Source: a virus
Lineage: Duplodnaviria > Caudoviricetes
Reading direction: 5' to 3' (one strand)
IMG/VR virus record: IMGVR_UViG_3300042445_000915
Location: 1-49,667 of that record
Length of the DNA: 49,667 bases
The notes under the pieces: model-generated
What the model was told of the DNA's origin: nothing
The model's input: the letters and a program-made list of their open reading frames with translations, nothing else
Databases searched by the model: none
Position numbers and translations under genes: made by a program
Shown: positions 47,036-49,667 of the stretch, one piece after another
How the letters are laid out: each line of letters opens with the position of its first letter
Numbering within the stretch: position 1 is the first letter of the stretch

Positions 47036-48559
47036 CTAAAATATCATTTTTGACCCAATTTGGAAGTTATGTAGTAAATTAAAGTTAGGTTCAAAGGTCA
47101 TTGCACCTCTATATGATGTAGATAATCCAAATCTTTTACTAATTTTATAATCATATCCCAAACCTATAATTGCACCAGGTGTTCTACTTACCGAACTATT
47201 TCCAGTCATTGTATTCCAAGCTATTGGCGATTGCATTACGAATACCTGTGGAGTTAGTGTAACTTTTCTACTATATTGATAAGGTTTCATCCAAAATCCA
47301 ACTGCGGATGCACTTAAAGATACATCATAACCACCCTCACCCATTTTAGGCATCATTAAGGTAATTACACCCACATTATAACCAAATGTTCCGTATTTAG
47401 GATGTGGTTTGATATAGGTATATCCATTAAGGTTCATTAGAGTTCCTTTAAGATATGCAAATGTAGTTCCGTATGAATGTATTGCATTTAGTTTACCTTC
47501 ATCAAAATCCATCTTAGTAACCCCAGCACTCAATGCAAATTGGTTTAGGGTACTCCAAATAAGTGCGGTAGCTGAATATGATTTATCTCCCATTAACGAT
47601 GATTTAGATACACCAAAACTCATCATTACAGCATATCTACCTTCCATATCCTCCGTTCCAGCCAAATCAGATGCTAACATCATTGGGTTTGCTACTGCTT
47701 TCTTCTTTTCCTCTTTTTTCTTTTCTTCCTTCTTCTCCTCTTTCTTTTCTTCTTTAGATTCTTCCTTCTTCTCCTCTTTTTTCTCCTCTGACTTTGATTC
47801 CTCTTTCTTTTCTTCTTTGCTTTCCGATTTCGTTTCTTCTTTCTTTTCTTCAGTCTTACTTTCCGATTTACTCTCCGATTTTGATTCAGATTTCGTTTCA
47901 GTTTTAGTCTCCGTTTTAGTTTCAGTCTTTGTTTCCGTAGATGAAGATGAACCACTACCAGAACTGCTTCCAGAACCTCCAGAACTACTGCTTCCTGATG
48001 AGGAAGCCGGTGGTGGGGTAGAACTACTGCTTGATGTTGGTGGAGGGGCTGATGCCGTTGGTGGAGGTGGAATTGCTGCACTTGCTGCTCCACTTGCTGC
48101 TGCACTTGCTGATGATGATGCCGATGAACTAGCTGATTTTGCTGCTGCATCTGCTGCTGCTTTTGCTGCTGCATCGGCGGCGGCTTTTGCTGCTGCATCA
48201 GCTGCTGCTTGTGCGGCCGCTTGTGCTGCGGCAGCTGCTGCTTGTGCGGCCGCTTGTGCTACTGCGTTTGTTACCGTTTGTTGAACAACCTGATTAGTTG
48301 GACATCCCATTGTTGAGTATGCCGTATATGTTGCAGTTATCCAAAGTTGAACTGCACCTGCCATTACCTCTTGTGGAGAAAATACTCTAACCTGATTATA
48401 AAATGATACCGTTGCAAATCCGTTTACCATTGTGGTAGTTGCAACCTTAATCTCACCGGTACATTTATCTTTATAAGTTTGGGTATAGGTTTGTCCTATC
48501 GCTTCCGTAACGAATAAAGATATAACAATTATCATTAAACCGAATACCCATTTTTTCAT
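47036..48559 (-). CDS. Secreted protein with low-complexity stalk and C-terminal outer-membrane beta-barrel (autotransporter-like architecture)
   Basis: 507 aa; Sec signal MKKWVFGLMIIVISLFVTEAIG-Q; Ala-, Ser/Pro-, TETK- and EEKK-rich tracts; alternating beta-strands ending HNFQIGSKMIF. Confidence 0.7.
   Translation of the reverse strand: MKKWVFGLMIIVISLFVTEAIGQTYTQTYKDKCTGEIKVATTTMVNGFATVSFYNQVRVFSPQEVMAGAVQLWITATYTAYSTMGCPTNQVVQQTVTNAVAQAAAQAAAAAAQAAAQAAADAAAKAAADAAAKAAADAAAKSASSSASSSASAAASGAASAAIPPPPTASAPPPTSSSSSTPPPASSSGSSSSGGSGSSSGSGSSSSTETKTETKTETKTETKSESKSESKSESKTEEKKEETKSESKEEKKEESKSEEKKEEKKEESKEEKKEEKKEEKKKEEKKKAVANPMMLASDLAGTEDMEGRYAVMMSFGVSKSSLMGDKSYSATALIWSTLNQFALSAGVTKMDFDEGKLNAIHSYGTTFAYLKGTLMNLNGYTYIKPHPKYGTFGYNVGVITLMMPKMGEGGYDVSLSASAVGFWMKPYQYSRKVTLTPQVFVMQSPIAWNTMTGNSSVSRTPGAIIGLGYDYKISKRFGLSTSYRGAMTFEPNFNLLHNFQIGSKMIF
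47700..48260 (-). repeat. Coding low-complexity tandem repeats (AAAQ/AAAD/AAAK, poly-S/P, TETK, SESK, EEKK)
   Basis: Visible gctgctgc, tttcagtc/ttagt and ttcttc arrays inside 47036-48559. Confidence 0.85.
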
Positions 48560-48560
48560 T

Positions 48561-49409
48561 TTAGAAATTCATACCCAATCCAAAAGTACTGCTTCTGATT
48601 ATTGGGTCATAATCATACTTTATTGTTAGATTTTTGAAATCATGTAACGCTCCAACTTTAACAGTTGTAAATCTATCTCTATATTTTGGGAAAGTAATAT
48701 ATCCAATATCATCCTTACCTCTCCACTTCACATCTTCTGTCACACTACCAATCATCATATGGATACCGGTTCTTTTGATTCTCTTACCAATACCAACATA
48801 AAAGTTACTTTGTTTTACCAAATCACTTACCATTGGAAAATCGACTTGAGTTATATTACCATACTGAAAAAATGTTGAATTATCTCTTTCAAATGTTGTA
48901 TTATATTCAGCTATAAAATATGCTTTGTTTCCCATTGTAAAGAAACCACCAATCTGATTACCGCCTGTTTTTTGAATACCAAAACTGATAACAGGTTTCT
49001 TACCTTTGATGGTATCCATTTTTCCATTATCATAAACATACACTCTTGCAGGCTGTCTATAACCCCAATCGTTTAAGTAAAAGCCAGGGTTCCAATAATT
49101 CCAACCAAATGCAGGTGCTCCCCACATATCCCATCTATTCCATCCCCATCTAAAATTATTCATTAACCATGGGTCTCTTACAATTATGTTTGAACCCGGT
49201 CTTGTTCTTATAGGTCTATCATATCCTCTTGATGGTGGTTGATTTCTCCAATTACTAACATCGTTTCTTTGTGGAGCCGATGGTTGTACTCTAGGAGTTT
49301 CTACTCTTTGTTGAGGTTGTGATTGTTGAGGAGGGGTTGTTCTCCAATTACTAACTTGTGAGAAAGCTAGTGTTGGGATAAATGCTAATAGAAATAATAA
49401 GTTTTTCAT
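48561..49409 (-). CDS. Secreted outer-membrane beta-barrel protein with Q/P- and W/G-rich N-terminal region
   Basis: 282 aa; signal MKNLLFLLAFIPTLAFS-Q; VSNWR repeated twice; C-terminal strand STFGLGMNF (terminal Phe, beta-signal-like). Confidence 0.7.
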   Translation of the reverse strand: MKNLLFLLAFIPTLAFSQVSNWRTTPPQQSQPQQRVETPRVQPSAPQRNDVSNWRNQPPSRGYDRPIRTRPGSNIIVRDPWLMNNFRWGWNRWDMWGAPAFGWNYWNPGFYLNDWGYRQPARVYVYDNGKMDTIKGKKPVISFGIQKTGGNQIGGFFTMGNKAYFIAEYNTTFERDNSTFFQYGNITQVDFPMVSDLVKQSNFYVGIGKRIKRTGIHMMIGSVTEDVKWRGKDDIGYITFPKYRDRFTTVKVGALHDFKNLTIKYDYDPIIRSSTFGLGMNF

Positions 49410-49429
49410 AGGTATATTATTTAGTTACC

Positions 49430-49438
49430 TATAAATAT
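49430..49438 (-). promoter_or_regulatory. Putative late promoter motif ATATTTATA
   Basis: 20 nt upstream of ATG at 49409, directly abutting a terminator T-tract. Confidence 0.55.
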
Positions 49439-49466
49439 AAAAAAAGGGAGAATAAATCTCCCTTTC
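49439..49466 (-). terminator. Intrinsic terminator
   Basis: Minus strand GAAAGGGAGA-TTTAT-TCTCCCTTTTTTT, right after the stop at 49470. Confidence 0.85.
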
Positions 49467-49469
49467 GTT

Positions 49470-49667
49470 TTAATTTCCTTTTGATGGGAATCTAGTCCAC
49501 CCATTCACCCATATTGGTTTATCTAATTCAGGTATTACAACATCTATTTCTTTATTACTCTTACTTAATGCCAAAGTTTTAAGTTGGTCATTTGTTAGGA
49601 TTGTGGTTGCTCTACTGATAAAGTTTAGCGTAGGGTTAAATGTTCCTACTGAATTGTTTTCAAATAC
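49470..49667 (-). CDS. 3' end of an upstream gene (partial)
   Basis: Open frame from window edge: VFENNSVGTFNPTLNFISRATTILTNDQLKTLALSKSNKEIDVVIPELDKPIWVNGWTRFPSKGN*, followed by a terminator. Confidence 0.6.
   Translation of the reverse strand, partial: VFENNSVGTFNPTLNFISRATTILTNDQLKTLALSKSNKEIDVVIPELDKPIWVNGWTRFPSKGN

Noticed and set aside
47692-48284. Overlapping ORFs 47692-48198 (-, poly-Q/R) and 47817-48284 (+, Ala-rich)
   Set aside because: Shadow frames created by the stop-poor low-complexity repeats of 47036-48559.
1-49667. Alternative genetic code (TAG or TGA reassignment, as in Lak or some crAss-like phages)
   Set aside because: Code 11 gives full-length, densely packed ORFs. TAG ends terL (4203) and TGA ends primase and the GT fusion at sensible positions.
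1-49667. CRISPR array, tRNA, rRNA or large structured ncRNA
   Set aside because: No repeat-spacer periodicity or cloverleaf seen by eye. Intergenic gaps are short and explained by promoters, terminators or the RHH gene. A tRNAscan/Infernal run would be needed to exclude small RNAs fully.

Overview
This is an AT-rich window from a large tailed dsDNA phage with T4-like/jumbo-myovirus gene content. The host is probably Bacteroidota: there are two canonical TTTG-N20-TAnnTTTG promoters, and 5' leaders are A-rich with no Shine-Dalgarno. Nearly all genes are on the minus strand in genetic code 11. Reading from high to low coordinates: a cluster of secreted/outer-membrane beta-barrel-type genes; small putative head-internal proteins and an Ntn-hydrolase; a baseplate module (gp5-like hub, CHAP and GH19 muralytic proteins, gp25, gp6/J, large wedge, collar-type proteins); an embedded DNA-metabolism block (GIY-YIG, primase, Mre11-Rad50 fusion); a 2346-aa tail fibre with chaperones; a glycosylation cassette (GT4-methyltransferase-GT fusion plus an Aah/TibC-type heptosyltransferase); a 969-aa NMNAT-like/ligase-like multi-module protein; terminase, portal, head-associated proteins and the probable start of the prohead protease. 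The main leads are: (1) a candidate virion-glycosylation system with a pervasive (S/T)-(G/A/S)-S motif in tail proteins; (2) a candidate prohead-protease-activated cargo system, including an Ntn hydrolase whose catalytic Cys is capped by MKLSE; (3) a late-promoter-like motif ATA(T/C)TTAT oriented opposite to the T4 late promoter; (4) an unannotated plus-strand ribbon-helix-helix gene; (5) phage-encoded outer-membrane proteins. All functional calls come from motif recognition by eye, without database searches.
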